Origin: Alphaproteobacteria bacterium
GTDB taxonomy: Bacteria > Pseudomonadota > Alphaproteobacteria > Bin95
Length of the DNA: 64,000 nt
Assembly: GCA_965205265.1 (NCBI GenBank)
Contig: CBDBGH010000003.1
Location: 4,448,001 to 4,512,000, forward strand
Reading direction: 5' to 3'
Shown: piece after piece, positions 11,158-22,849 of the stretch
Position numbering within the stretch: position 1 is the stretch's first letter
How the letters are laid out: each line of letters starts with the position of its first letter
Made by a program: the position numbers and the translations under genes
Notes under the pieces: generated by a model
Database searches by the model: none
Told to the model about the DNA's origin: nothing
Seen by the model: only the letters and a program-made list of their open reading frames with translations

Positions 11158-12585
11158 TCAGGCGAAGCGCATCAGGAAACGGACCAGGCGGCGGGTCCGG
11201 GGGCCGAACAGCGTATCGGTGTAGTAGCTGCCGGCGGCGCGTTTCGACACCTCGCCGAGTGTCGGATAGGGCGCGATCATGCCTGCCAGCGCCCCGATGC
11301 GGAGCTTCTGGGAGACCGCCAGCACCCATGGCTGGATGAGCTCGCCCGCATGGGGGCCGACAATGGTGGCGCCGAGCACCCGGCCGCCCGGCCCGACCAT
11401 CGCCTTCACGAAGCCCTCCGTATCGCGCTCCGCCCGGGCGCGGTCGTTTTCGGCGAAATCGTGGCGCAGCACGCGCGCCTTCTTCCCGAAGGCCTGTTTG
11501 GCCATCGCCTCGGTCATGCCGACATGGGCGAGCTCGGGGTCGGTATAGGTGACCCACGGCGCCGCGGTCGTGTCCGCCCTGGCCGGCAGGCGGAAGAGCG
11601 CATTGCGGATCGCGATGCCGGCATGGTAGCCGGCCACATGCGTGAAGCGCAGCCCGCCCGCCACATCGCCGACCGCCAGAACGCGCTTGTCCGAAGCGCG
11701 CAGCCGGCCGTCCACCGTCACGCCCTCGGGCGTCCAGGCGATGCCCCCGGCGTCGAGGTCGAGGCCCTCCAGGTCCGGCTGGCGGCCGGCCGCAACCAGC
11801 AGGTGGCTGCCCTCGACCGTCTCCGGCCGGCCGTTCGCCTCGAAACGCAGGGTTACGGCCCCGGACCCCCCCGACGCTTCGCTCACTTCCGCATGTTCGT
11901 GAAGCCGCACGCCTTCCGCGACGAGGCGCGCGCGGATGAGCGCGGCGGCGTCCCCGTCGTCGCGCGGCAGGATCGGCCCGCGCTGCACCACCGTCACCTC
12001 CGCGCCGAGCCGGCGGTGCGCCTGGGCGAGCTCGATGCCGACCGGGCCGCCGCCGAGCACCAGCAGATGCGCCGGCGTCTCCTCGAGGTCGAAGATCGTC
12101 TCATTGGTGAGGAAGGGCACCCGGTCGAGACCGGGAACGGGCGGCACCACCGGCCTGGAGCCCGTCGCCAGCACGATCCAGCGCGCCCGGGCGCGAACGC
12201 CGCCGCCTTCGAGCAGCCGCCTGTCGACGAAGCGGGCCGGCGCCTCGACCACGCGCACGCCGAGCCCTTCGAAGCGCTCGACGCTGTCATGCGGCGCGAT
12301 GGCGGCGATGACCCCCTGGACATGGCGGCGGAGCGCGGCCGGGTCCACCCTCGGCGTCTCGGGCGCGATGCCGAAGCGGCCCGCATTGCGAAACGCCGAG
12401 GCAGCATGGGCGGCGGCGATGGTGGCCTTGGACGGCACGCAGCCATAGTTCAGGCAGTCGCCTCCCATGCGGCCCTTCTCGAACAGCAGCACCGAGGCGC
12501 CCATCTGCGCCGCGCCGGCAGCCACGGAGAGCCCGCCGGAGCCGCCGCCGACCACCGCGATATCGACCCGGACCGTTTCCGTCAT
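11158..12585 (-). CDS. dihydrolipoamide dehydrogenase / mercuric-reductase-like flavoprotein disulfide reductase
   Basis: GGGSGG, GGDCLNYGCVPSK redox disulfide, GGGPVG.ELAQ, YTDPELAHVG, PYPT; no C-terminal Cys-Cys. Confidence 0.85.
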   Translation of the reverse strand: MTETVRVDIAVVGGGSGGLSVAAGAAQMGASVLLFEKGRMGGDCLNYGCVPSKATIAAAHAASAFRNAGRFGIAPETPRVDPAALRRHVQGVIAAIAPHDSVERFEGLGVRVVEAPARFVDRRLLEGGGVRARARWIVLATGSRPVVPPVPGLDRVPFLTNETIFDLEETPAHLLVLGGGPVGIELAQAHRRLGAEVTVVQRGPILPRDDGDAAALIRARLVAEGVRLHEHAEVSEASGGSGAVTLRFEANGRPETVEGSHLLVAAGRQPDLEGLDLDAGGIAWTPEGVTVDGRLRASDKRVLAVGDVAGGLRFTHVAGYHAGIAIRNALFRLPARADTTAAPWVTYTDPELAHVGMTEAMAKQAFGKKARVLRHDFAENDRARAERDTEGFVKAMVGPGGRVLGATIVGPHAGELIQPWVLAVSQKLRIGALAGMIAPYPTLGEVSKRAAGSYYTDTLFGPRTRRLVRFLMRFA

Positions 12586-12713
12586 CCGCCTGTCTCCCTG
12601 CCGCTCGGTATGCCGGACCGTTTCATGCTTGTCTTCCTTTCGGCAAGCCCGGATACTTTATGTGGGTACTCTAAGTCCTTTCTTCGCCCCGGAGCCACGC
12701 CGGAGGGCGTTCC

Positions 12714-13616
12714 ATGAACGCCTCGTCCCTCGAAGAAACGGTCCGGCGGGCTGCCGAATTGCTTGGCGCCGGCGACCATGAACAGGCAGCGCCGCTCTAT
12801 GAGCGGATGCTGGAGGCCGAAGACGGCCGCGCCGAGGGCCATCTGGGGCTGGCGCGAACGCATTTCGGGCAGGGCCGCCCGGACGAGGCCGCCCGGCATT
12901 TGCGTTCGGCGGCGGACTTGCGGCCGGGCGATGCGGAAATCCAGGGAGAGCTCGCGCTGGTGCTGCGCCGGCTGGGCCTCACCGGCGAGGCGTCGGTCGC
13001 GGCGGCCCGCGCCGCCCAGCTCGCGCCGCAGGAGACCGACTTCCACTGGCTGAACGGCGCCTTGCTGCTCATCAACGGGCGCTACGCCGAAGGCTGGGCC
13101 GCATGGGGGCAGGCCCGGGTGCTGGAGGACGCTGCCGCCGATACCAGCCGCTATCGGCCGCCGCGCTGGGACGGCCGGCGGCTCGACGGCGAAACCCTGC
13201 TGCTGGATGCGGGCGGCAATGACATCGATGCCGTGCAGTTTTGCCGCTACCTGCCCGCCGTGCGGACCCGCGGCGCCCTTCCGGCCATTGCCTGCAGCGA
13301 ATCGGCGGCGGAGCTGCTTTCCGGTCTGCCGGGCCTGCTCTGGCTCGCCGCGCCCGGCGAAAACCGTCCTCCCTACGACCTTACGGCCAGTTTCGACGAC
13401 CTGCCGCGCCTGTTCGAGACGACCCCGGCGACCGTGCCGCCGCCCGCCGGCATCGAGGTCAATCCGCGGCAGCGGCGATACTGGCAGGAGACGCTGGCCG
13501 GAGCGCCTTCGCCGCGCGTGGCGGTTGCCTGGACCGGGGCGGAACCCTGGCCGGAAGGGCTTCTCGAAATCGCCGGCGCCCGCTTCTACACCTTCCTCGA
13601 GCCGTGCCCGGCATGA
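12714..13616 (+). CDS. TPR-repeat protein with N-terminal half of a GT-B glycosyltransferase-like domain (5' piece of a probably split gene)
   Basis: TPR helices, G.YAEGW, PRWDG..LDGETLLL, D.VQFCRYLP, DLPRLFETT; ends mid-domain. Confidence 0.7.
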   Translation: MNASSLEETVRRAAELLGAGDHEQAAPLYERMLEAEDGRAEGHLGLARTHFGQGRPDEAARHLRSAADLRPGDAEIQGELALVLRRLGLTGEASVAAARAAQLAPQETDFHWLNGALLLINGRYAEGWAAWGQARVLEDAAADTSRYRPPRWDGRRLDGETLLLDAGGNDIDAVQFCRYLPAVRTRGALPAIACSESAAELLSGLPGLLWLAAPGENRPPYDLTASFDDLPRLFETTPATVPPPAGIEVNPRQRRYWQETLAGAPSPRVAVAWTGAEPWPEGLLEIAGARFYTFLEPCPA

Positions 13617-15178
13617 CGCCGCTTTCCGAGAAGCCGTTCGCGCTGGATGCCGCCGCCGCAATGCTCGAAGAGTTCGAGATGGTGGTAAGCGACGACAACC
13701 CCATCGGCCACCTCGCAGGCACGCTCGGCCGGCCCTGCTGGATGATGCTCGACATCGCGCCCGACTGGCGCTGGCTTCAGGCCCGGCGCGACACGCCGTG
13801 GTATCCGTCCATGCGGCTGGTGCGTCAGGAGCGCGTGGGCGACTGGAGCGCGCCGCTTGCCATCGTGCGGCGCGAGATCGAGCGCGGCCTCGCCAGGCAT
13901 GCCGACCGGCTCGCCGCCGCCGAAGCCGCGCTGGCCGACGGACAGGTGCGGCGCGCGGCAGCGCTGCTCGCCGCGGGCGGCCAGTCCTGGCGCGGAGATG
14001 CGCGGATGCACCGCCTGCTCGGCGACCTCGCCCTGGCGCAGGGCCGCCTGGACGACTCCGCGCGCGCGCTTCACCGCGCCGTGGCCGCCGCGCCGGGCGA
14101 CGCCGGGGTCCACAGCGCCTTCGCCGGCGTGCTGGCGCAGCTCGGCGCCCACCGCGACCGCGAGCGGATGGCGGCCCGCGCCGTGGCGCTGGATCCCTCC
14201 GCCCCGGAACCGCGCCTCCTCCACGCCGACGCGCTGGAGGCGCTCGGCCGGTCCGACGAGGCGCTTGCCGTCTATACCGACGCCCACGACCTTGCGCCGA
14301 AAGACCGCGCCACCGCCGCCGCGCTGTCCTCGGCGCTGTTGAGGCGCGGCAATTTCGACGCGGGACTGCCGCTGCTGCCGGCGGGCCCGCTGCCGCCGGC
14401 GGGGCTCCAGGCCATCGAGGGCGCGGATGTCATCATCGATGCGGTCAATGACGACATCGAGGCGGTCTGGCTGCTGCGCTATGCGCCGCTGCTGGACTCG
14501 GCCGCGCGCGTTCTGGCGGCGGTGCGGCCGGGGCTCCAGCGCCTGGTAACCGGCCAGTCCGGCGTGGACGGCGTGCTCGTCGCCGGGCAGGCCCGGCCGC
14601 CGGGCGCGCTGACGCTCCCGGCCGCGGCGCTGCCGCGGCTGTTCGGCACGACCCTGGAGACGATCCCGGCCGATATTCCCTATTTCCGGGCGAACGAGAT
14701 GCTGGCCCGGCACTGGCGGTCGCGCTTCGCGCGCCCGGCCCGGCTGCGGGTAGGCATCGCCTGGGGCGAACGCCCGCTTCTGGAGGCGATGGCGCCGCTC
14801 TTCGACATCGAGGGCGCGGCTTTTTTCAGCCTGGAGACCGAGTCCGGCTCCCGGACGCTGGCCGCGCTCCGCAGCCGGGCCGGCATCACGGACATCTCGA
14901 CCCGGATCACCGATGCGGCCGAGCTGGCCGCCGCGATCTCCGCCCTCGACATGGTTGTCGGCCCGGACGGCCCGGCGGTGCATGTCGCCGGCGCGCTCGG
15001 CGTGCCGGCGGCCGTGCTGCTCACCCGCCCGGCGCACTGGCGCTGGCTTTCCGACCGGAACGACAGCCCCTGGTATCCCCTGTCCCGCCTGTTCCGCCAG
15101 CGCCGCTTGGACGACTGGACCGACCCCGTCGCGGAGCTCGCCATCGTGCTCAAGCAGGCCGTGTTCGATGCCGACTGA
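13613..15178 (+). CDS. TPR + glycosyltransferase-family-9-like protein (3' piece)
   Basis: Starts with the domain tail HLAGTLGRPCW...DWRW...TPWYPSMRLVRQ, followed by TPRs and a full second domain ending HVAGALG...WRWL..RNDSPWYP..RLFRQ. Confidence 0.75.
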   Translation: MTPLSEKPFALDAAAAMLEEFEMVVSDDNPIGHLAGTLGRPCWMMLDIAPDWRWLQARRDTPWYPSMRLVRQERVGDWSAPLAIVRREIERGLARHADRLAAAEAALADGQVRRAAALLAAGGQSWRGDARMHRLLGDLALAQGRLDDSARALHRAVAAAPGDAGVHSAFAGVLAQLGAHRDRERMAARAVALDPSAPEPRLLHADALEALGRSDEALAVYTDAHDLAPKDRATAAALSSALLRRGNFDAGLPLLPAGPLPPAGLQAIEGADVIIDAVNDDIEAVWLLRYAPLLDSAARVLAAVRPGLQRLVTGQSGVDGVLVAGQARPPGALTLPAAALPRLFGTTLETIPADIPYFRANEMLARHWRSRFARPARLRVGIAWGERPLLEAMAPLFDIEGAAFFSLETESGSRTLAALRSRAGITDISTRITDAAELAAAISALDMVVGPDGPAVHVAGALGVPAAVLLTRPAHWRWLSDRNDSPWYPLSRLFRQRRLDDWTDPVAELAIVLKQAVFDAD

Positions 15179-15224
15179 GACGCGGCCCCTCGATTGCGGC
15201 GCCCGGTCCGGGCTATGTTGCGGC

Positions 15225-15300
15225 GGGCCCGTAGTTCAGCGGTCAGAACCCGCCGCTCATAACGGCGTTGTCGCAGGTTCGAATCCTGCCGGGCCCACCA
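15225..15300 (+). tRNA. tRNA with CAU anticodon, most likely tRNA-Ile2 (lysidine)
   Basis: GGGCCCG acceptor stem, CGCCG-CTCATAA-CGGCG anticodon arm, GGTTCGAATCC T-arm, ACCA end; paired G1 rules out the initiator tRNA and the acceptor stem is Ile-like. Confidence 0.9.
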
Positions 15301-15325
15301 GCCGTCCCCTTATCGACCCGGCCGC

Positions 15326-15808
15326 GTGAGCGCCGTCCGCCTCTACCGGGCGCGCGCCGACGACCGCTCGCTCGCCTGGACCGTCGATGCCTGGCGGCGG
15401 CTCGGCCTCGGCCCCGGCACGGCGCTGTTCACCACCGCAGAGGGTGTGCGGGTCGCTCCGTTCGAGGCCGGCCCGCCGATGGTGGAGGCCGCTTTCGATG
15501 CGCGCATGATGTCCGAACGGGCGGAGCTGCGCTGGCTCGCCGCCGGACGCCGGGAGGGCCTGCGCATCGGGCCGGCGGTGCTGGTCGGCGAGGTCGCGAC
15601 GCCGCTCGTCGAGGGCTTTGCGCGCCTGGACCCGCACGACGCCCATCCGCGCGAGGTCGGCTACACCGTTCCGGCGCTCCTCGAGGGTGAGGGCCGCCCG
15701 GTCTCCGTTGCGCTCCGCCTTGTCGAATATGTCGATTCCGCCGACCCCGACCATCCCGGCCGCGTGGACGAACGCCTCGCCGCCGCCGTAATCCTGCCGG
15801 ACCCGTAG
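15326..15808 (+). CDS. hypothetical protein resembling CRISPR type III-D Csx19 (orphan)
   Basis: FDAR....AELRWL...G.AVLVGE...LRLVEY...D...VDERL pattern recalled from the Csx19/TIGR03984 family; no other cas gene nearby. Confidence 0.5.
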   Translation: MSAVRLYRARADDRSLAWTVDAWRRLGLGPGTALFTTAEGVRVAPFEAGPPMVEAAFDARMMSERAELRWLAAGRREGLRIGPAVLVGEVATPLVEGFARLDPHDAHPREVGYTVPALLEGEGRPVSVALRLVEYVDSADPDHPGRVDERLAAAVILPDP

Positions 15809-15992
15809 CTCCGGCGGCCGCCGATCGGAACCGATAGCGACAGCGTTCCCTGCCGTCGCACGGCTATCCCGCGAGCGGGAAGGGTGAGGTTTGGGCCTCC
15901 CGGTCTCCCTGCATGCCGCTCGGAATTGACTTCTCCCGGCGCCCGCTCGACACTCGCCCGGACCCTGCCCCGAGAAACCCAGGGAGACGCCG

Positions 15993-17069
15993 ATGCGCAC
16001 GGCTTCCGGAGTCCGGCCGACGCGCCGCCGCTTCCTCGCAGGAACGGGCGCTGCGGCGGCGGGCCTCGCCTTCCTGCCGCAAGCGGCGCGCGCCGGCGAG
16101 GAGCCCAGGCTCAATTTCTACAACTGGGACACCTATATCGGCGGGACCACCCTTGCGGATTTCAAGGCAGAGACCGGCATATCGGTCCGGATGGACCACT
16201 ATGCCGACAATGACGAGCTGTTCGGGAGGCTGAGGGCCGGCAATCCCGGCTACGACGTGATCGTGCCGACCGGCGATTTCGTCGAGCGCATGATCGCCGC
16301 CGGCATGCTGATGCCGCTCGACCATGCGGCGATTCCCAACATGGCGAATATCGAGCCGGCCTTCCGGGACGCCGCCTTCGACCCCGGCCGGCGCCATTCC
16401 ATCCCCTATATGTGGGGCACGATGGGCATCGGCTACCGCAAGTCCCGCTGCGACGGCGCGCCCGACAGCTGGCGCTGGCTCTACGACTCGGACCGTTACA
16501 GCGGGCGCTGCGCGCTGCTGAGCGAGGCAGGCGCGGTGCTGGGCGCGGCCTTCAAATATCTGGGCCATCCGCTCAATACGACCGACCCGAAGCTGATCGA
16601 GGCGGCCGAGGCGCTGATTGTCGCGCAGAAGCCGCACCTCAAGCTGTTCGCGCCGGACAACGGGCAGGACCTGCTGCTTGCCGGCGAGGTGGATATCGCG
16701 ATGGAGTGGAACGGCGACATCCTGCAGGCGATGGCGGCGGACGACGACATCTCCTATGTCGTGCCGCGCGAGGGGTCGATCGTGTCCGAGGACGCGCTTG
16801 CGATCCCGCGGGGCGCGCCGCATCCCGAAAATGCGCATGCCTTCATAAACTTTGTCCTCGACGCCGAGGCGGGCGCGGCCATTGCGGAGACGGTCCGCTA
16901 TGCGACGCCGAACGCCGCCGCCAGGGCGCTGCTGCCGGAAAGCTACACCCGGAACCCGGGCATCTTCCCGAGCGAAGAGACGCTCGCGGCCTGCGAGCCG
17001 GCGCTCTACCGGGGGCAGGAGGCCGCGCGGCTCTACGAGGCGGCCTGGACCCGGATCCGGGCGGCCTGA
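15993..17069 (+). CDS. spermidine/putrescine ABC transporter substrate-binding protein (PotD/PotF family), Tat signal
   Basis: TRRRFL Tat motif, LNFYNWDTYI, F..ETGI.V, GYDVIVP, PYMWGT.GI; no permease adjacent. Confidence 0.9.
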   Translation: MRTASGVRPTRRRFLAGTGAAAAGLAFLPQAARAGEEPRLNFYNWDTYIGGTTLADFKAETGISVRMDHYADNDELFGRLRAGNPGYDVIVPTGDFVERMIAAGMLMPLDHAAIPNMANIEPAFRDAAFDPGRRHSIPYMWGTMGIGYRKSRCDGAPDSWRWLYDSDRYSGRCALLSEAGAVLGAAFKYLGHPLNTTDPKLIEAAEALIVAQKPHLKLFAPDNGQDLLLAGEVDIAMEWNGDILQAMAADDDISYVVPREGSIVSEDALAIPRGAPHPENAHAFINFVLDAEAGAAIAETVRYATPNAAARALLPESYTRNPGIFPSEETLAACEPALYRGQEAARLYEAAWTRIRAA

Positions 17070-17131
17070 CCGCAGGGGCCGGGGTTGCCGGGAGCAGGAC
17101 GGAACGGTTCCACCTGAAGCGAGGTCCTCGC

Positions 17132-17767
17132 ATGACCGATACCGGAACGCCGAAACGCAGGCTGATCGAAGGCCGGCCGGCCCTGATCGTCATCGACATC
17201 CAGCAATCCGCCTTCGTGGAAAAGGAGGTCCGCTCGATCCCGCACATGCCGGACTATGCCGAGCGGGTCGCCCGCGCCCGCTTCGCCATCGACCGGGCGC
17301 GCGAGGCGGGAATCCCGATTGTCTTCATCCAGGAGATCCACCGGGCCGACCTGGTGGATTTCGGCCGCGAGCTCGACGGCAGCGAGGACGTCCACTGCCT
17401 CGACAACAATCCGGAAACGGCGCTGGCGAAGGAGGTGACCGGCTTCCGCGACGGGGACTACCTCGTCCAGAAGCGCCGCTATTCGGCCTTTTACGGCACC
17501 GATCTGGAAATCCTTCTGCGGGGGCTCGGGGCCGACACCCTGCTGCTGACGGGCGGACTGACCGATGTCTGCGTCCACTACACCTTCGTCGATGGCCATC
17601 AGGGCGACTATTTCTGCCGCGTGATCGAGGATTGCACCGCCGGCTCCAGCCCGGAGGCGCATGAAGCGGCGCTGCGGGCGATGGAATATCTGCAGACCGG
17701 CGCCCGGCGGTCCCTGGACGAGGTGCTGGCCGCGATGGACAGCTACGGCAGGAGCGAGGCCGCCTGA
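17132..17767 (+). CDS. cysteine hydrolase (isochorismatase family)
   Basis: ALIVIDIQ, KRRYSAFYGTDL, GGLTDVCVHYT. Confidence 0.9.
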   Translation: MTDTGTPKRRLIEGRPALIVIDIQQSAFVEKEVRSIPHMPDYAERVARARFAIDRAREAGIPIVFIQEIHRADLVDFGRELDGSEDVHCLDNNPETALAKEVTGFRDGDYLVQKRRYSAFYGTDLEILLRGLGADTLLLTGGLTDVCVHYTFVDGHQGDYFCRVIEDCTAGSSPEAHEAALRAMEYLQTGARRSLDEVLAAMDSYGRSEAA

Positions 17768-17806
17768 ACGGCCCGGCCGGCTCCGGGAAACGGAGGGAGG
17801 GCGATC

Positions 17807-18280
17807 ATGGTCGCTGCGATGCTCCTGGCGGCGGTGACGCTGCTCTATGCGGGCTACAACCTTCTCATCAAGCTGTCGGGGACCCATGTCCCGGCGTCGG
17901 CCACCACGACGGTGCTGGCGACGGTCTGCCTGCAGGTCGCGGCGCTTTCCACCTCGGTGCTGTTCCTGGGCTTCCTGGCGGCGCAGGGCGGCCATGTCTT
18001 CGCGCTCGCGCCGAGGGCCTATTTCTGGGCCGTGCTGGCCGGCCTGTGCATCGGCGCCGCCGAGATCGGGTATTTCTACCTCTTCGGCGGGATCGGCCTC
18101 GACAGGCCCATGCGGGCGGGCGTCGCCATCCCTGTCATCGTCGCGGGGACGGTCGCGCTCGCAACGGTCGCATCGGTAGTCGTCTTCGGCGAAGCCTTCG
18201 GTTGGCGGCAATTGGCAGGGACAGTGCTGGTCGCGGGCGGGATCGTCCTGATTTTCCTCGAACCGGGCGCCCTCCGGTGA
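17807..18280 (+). CDS. small DMT/EamA-like membrane protein
   Basis: About five hydrophobic helices and FGEAFGWRQLAG C-terminal signature. Confidence 0.7.
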   Translation: MVAAMLLAAVTLLYAGYNLLIKLSGTHVPASATTTVLATVCLQVAALSTSVLFLGFLAAQGGHVFALAPRAYFWAVLAGLCIGAAEIGYFYLFGGIGLDRPMRAGVAIPVIVAGTVALATVASVVVFGEAFGWRQLAGTVLVAGGIVLIFLEPGALR

Positions 18281-18296
18281 GATAGAGTCCGCCGCC

Positions 18297-18866
18297 ATGC
18301 TGGTAGAAATATCCCCGGAGCGCCACGGCGTCGCCTTCGATATCGCCTATGCGCGTGCGGACAATGTCACCGGAAAGCCGATCTATACCCGCCCGGCCGC
18401 GTGGCTCGTGCCGGAGGCGGAGGAGGCCCTTTTGCGTGCGGCCGAACTTGCGCGGGCGCAGGGGCTCGGCCTCCTGCTGTTCGACGCCTTCCGGCCGCTG
18501 GAGGCGCAATGGGCGCTCTGGCGCGCCATCCCGGACCCGGCCTATATCGCCGACCCGCGCCGGGGCGGCATCCACACGCGCGGCGTCGCCGTCGATCTGA
18601 CGCTCACGGGACCCGGCGGCAAGCCGCTCGACATGGGCACGGGCTTCGACGACCTTACGCCCGCCTCGCATCACGGCTCTGCGGCGGTGCCGCCGGAGGC
18701 GCAGCGCAACCGCGCGCTCCTGCTCGGCCTGATGAGCGCCGCAGGCTGGGACTTCTACATGCGCGAATGGTGGCACTACCAGCTCTTCCGCCCGCGCCGC
18801 TATCCGGCGCTCACCGACCGCGAGGCGGGCACGGGCATGATGGCCGCCAGCAACGAATTCCCTTGA
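18297..18866 (+). CDS. ddpX: D-alanyl-D-alanine dipeptidase (VanX/DdpX, M15D)
   Basis: DIAYA..DN.TGKPIY, FDAFRP, HTRGVAVDLTL, DMGTGFD, EWWHY. Confidence 0.9.
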   Translation: MLVEISPERHGVAFDIAYARADNVTGKPIYTRPAAWLVPEAEEALLRAAELARAQGLGLLLFDAFRPLEAQWALWRAIPDPAYIADPRRGGIHTRGVAVDLTLTGPGGKPLDMGTGFDDLTPASHHGSAAVPPEAQRNRALLLGLMSAAGWDFYMREWWHYQLFRPRRYPALTDREAGTGMMAASNEFP

Positions 18867-18936
18867 TCGCCGGCGGCCGGCCCGGCAATGTACGGGTCGA
18901 GGTTCGCGGAACCCACAGCCGGTAAGGGGACGATTC

Positions 18937-19215
18937 ATGACACCGGAACTCGCCGCAATTCTTGGCGTCGGGATCGCGCTGGCCGGTTTGCTCTGGCAGG
19001 GGCTGCGCAACGTCAACGCCCGCATCGACCGTGTTGAGACCAATCTCAACGCTCGCATCGACCGCGTGGAGACCGCTCTCGGCGCTCGTATCGACCGCAT
19101 TGAGGAAGAATTACGGGAAATTCGCGACCGCCTGTCCCGGCTGGAAGGCAAGATGGACTTTCTTGAGGGCTATATCGTGCGCCGCAACGAGCACCCCGGC
19201 GCGCCCGCCGAGTGA
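18937..19215 (+). CDS. small membrane-anchored coiled-coil protein with 11-aa repeats
   Basis: N-terminal hydrophobic helix, three (N/G)ARIDR(V/I)E repeats and an RLSRLEG tail; AAGGGG RBS. Confidence 0.7.
   Translation: MTPELAAILGVGIALAGLLWQGLRNVNARIDRVETNLNARIDRVETALGARIDRIEEELREIRDRLSRLEGKMDFLEGYIVRRNEHPGAPAE
19015..19113 (+). repeat. three imperfect 33-bp tandem repeats within the coiled-coil gene
   Basis: aacgcccgcatcgaccgtgttgagaccaatctc / aacgctcgcatcgaccgcgtggagaccgctctc / ggcgctcgtatcgaccgcattgaggaagaatta. Confidence 0.8.
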
Positions 19216-19244
19216 CGCCCGCCCGCAGATAAGGAACACGTTCG

Positions 19245-19535
19245 ATGACCGCCTATATCGTCGTCCGCGTGAAGGTGACCGACCCCGAGCAATACAAGCG
19301 CTATACGGCCCGCACGCCGGACTGCGTCGCCTCCTTCGGCGGGCGCTTCATCGTGCGCGGCGGCGAGACGGTGACGCTGGAGGGGCCGGAATTCGGCGAC
19401 CGCATGGTCGTCATCGAGTTTCCCTCGCTGGAACGGGCGCAGGAATTCTACAACTCGCCTGAATACACGGAGATCAAGGCGCTGCGCGCCCATGCGGCGG
19501 TGGGCGAGTTCGTCGCGGTCGAAGGGGCGGACTGA
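19245..19535 (+). CDS. DUF1330 domain protein
   Basis: AYIV...VTDPEQY..Y, FGGRFIVRGG..TLEG, VVIEFPS.E.A..FYNSPEY. Confidence 0.9.
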   Translation: MTAYIVVRVKVTDPEQYKRYTARTPDCVASFGGRFIVRGGETVTLEGPEFGDRMVVIEFPSLERAQEFYNSPEYTEIKALRAHAAVGEFVAVEGAD

Positions 19536-19614
19536 CGCCGGACGCGGCGATTCCCGCCCCGCCGCCGAGTCGCTATAAGATAGGCCTCCCCGCCGGACGA
19601 AGGGAGAGGCAGCC

Positions 19615-21765
<2,151 letters not shown>

Positions 21766-21782
21766 AGGCCGCCGCGCGGCGC

Positions 21783-22763
21783 ATGGAGGAAAACGACCCT
21801 TCCGGCCTGGCGGCGGCGGTGCTGGCGGGCGAACGCCGGGCGCTTGCGCGCGCGATCACACTGATCGAATCCTCGCGCCCCGACCACCGGGAACGGGCGG
21901 ATGCGCTTCTGGAGGCGCTGCTGCCGGCAGCCGGCCGGTCGGTCAGACTCGGCGTCAGCGGCGCGCCGGGGGTCGGCAAGTCCACCTTCATCGAGGCGTT
22001 CGGCCGCCATGTCATCGAAGCCGGCCACCGGGTCGCCGTGCTGGCGGTCGATCCGAGCTCCAAACGCTCCGGCGGCTCGATCCTCGGCGACAAGACGCGC
22101 ATGGAGGCGCTGGCGCGGGACGGCGCCGCCTTCATCCGCCCGTCGCCGGCCGGGACGACGCTCGGCGGCGTCGCGCGGCGCACGCGCGAGGCGATGCTCG
22201 CCTGCGAGGCCGCCGGCTTCGACGTGGTGCTGGTCGAGACGGTCGGGGTCGGCCAGTCGGAAACCGCCGTCGCCGACATGGTGGACATGTTCCTGCTGCT
22301 GCTGCTGCCGGGCGGCGGCGACGAACTCCAGGGCATCAAGCGCGGCATCGTCGAGCTCGCGGACCTCGTGCTGGTCAACAAGGCGGACGGCGAACTCGAA
22401 GGCCAGGCAGGCCGCACGGCAGCGGATTACGAGGCGGCGATGCACCTGCTGCGCCCGTCCGCGCCCGGCTGGACGGTCCGGGTGCAGACCTGCTCGGCGC
22501 TCACCGGCGCCGGCATCCCGGAAGCGTGGGAGGCGGTCGGCGCATTCCGTGAGGCGCTCGGCGCCGGGCTGGAGGAACGCCGCGTCCGGCAGGCGACCGC
22601 CTGGATGTGGAACGAGGTTGCCGAGGGCGCGCTGGATGCGCTCCGGCGCGACGGCGCGCTCCGCGCACTTGCCGGCAGGCTGGAGCGCGAGGTGGCGGCG
22701 GGCCGCGCGGCGCCGGCCGCGGCCGCGCGCAGGCTCCTCGCCCGTTTCCTTGCCGGATCGTAA
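21783..22763 (+). CDS. meaB: methylmalonyl-CoA mutase-associated GTPase MeaB
   Basis: [55 protein letters not shown]. Confidence 0.95.
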   Translation: MEENDPSGLAAAVLAGERRALARAITLIESSRPDHRERADALLEALLPAAGRSVRLGVSGAPGVGKSTFIEAFGRHVIEAGHRVAVLAVDPSSKRSGGSILGDKTRMEALARDGAAFIRPSPAGTTLGGVARRTREAMLACEAAGFDVVLVETVGVGQSETAVADMVDMFLLLLLPGGGDELQGIKRGIVELADLVLVNKADGELEGQAGRTAADYEAAMHLLRPSAPGWTVRVQTCSALTGAGIPEAWEAVGAFREALGAGLEERRVRQATAWMWNEVAEGALDALRRDGALRALAGRLEREVAAGRAAPAAAARRLLARFLAGS

Positions 22764-22787
22764 GGCGGCGGCAAGGTTCCGGTAAGG
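22760..22787 (+). promoter_or_regulatory. putative OmpR/CpxR-type tandem binding site upstream of degP
   Basis: GTAAGG-N5-GCAAGG-N5-GTAAGG, exact 11-bp period. Confidence 0.45.
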
Positions 22788-22849
22788 CCGGCTGCCTATC
22801 TTCTGCCGAGCGCGGCGCGAGCCGCACCGTCAGCAGAAGGAAACGCTTC

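Noticed and set aside
11158-12585. Mercuric reductase merA
   Set aside because: Lacks the C-terminal Cys-Cys pair and has no mer operon context.
15300-15992. CRISPR array or attR duplication next to the Csx19-like gene and tRNA
   Set aside because: No regularly spaced repeats and no second copy of the tRNA 3' end were seen.
17070-17131. Possible riboswitch upstream of the isochorismatase gene
   Set aside because: Too short, with no recognisable aptamer consensus.
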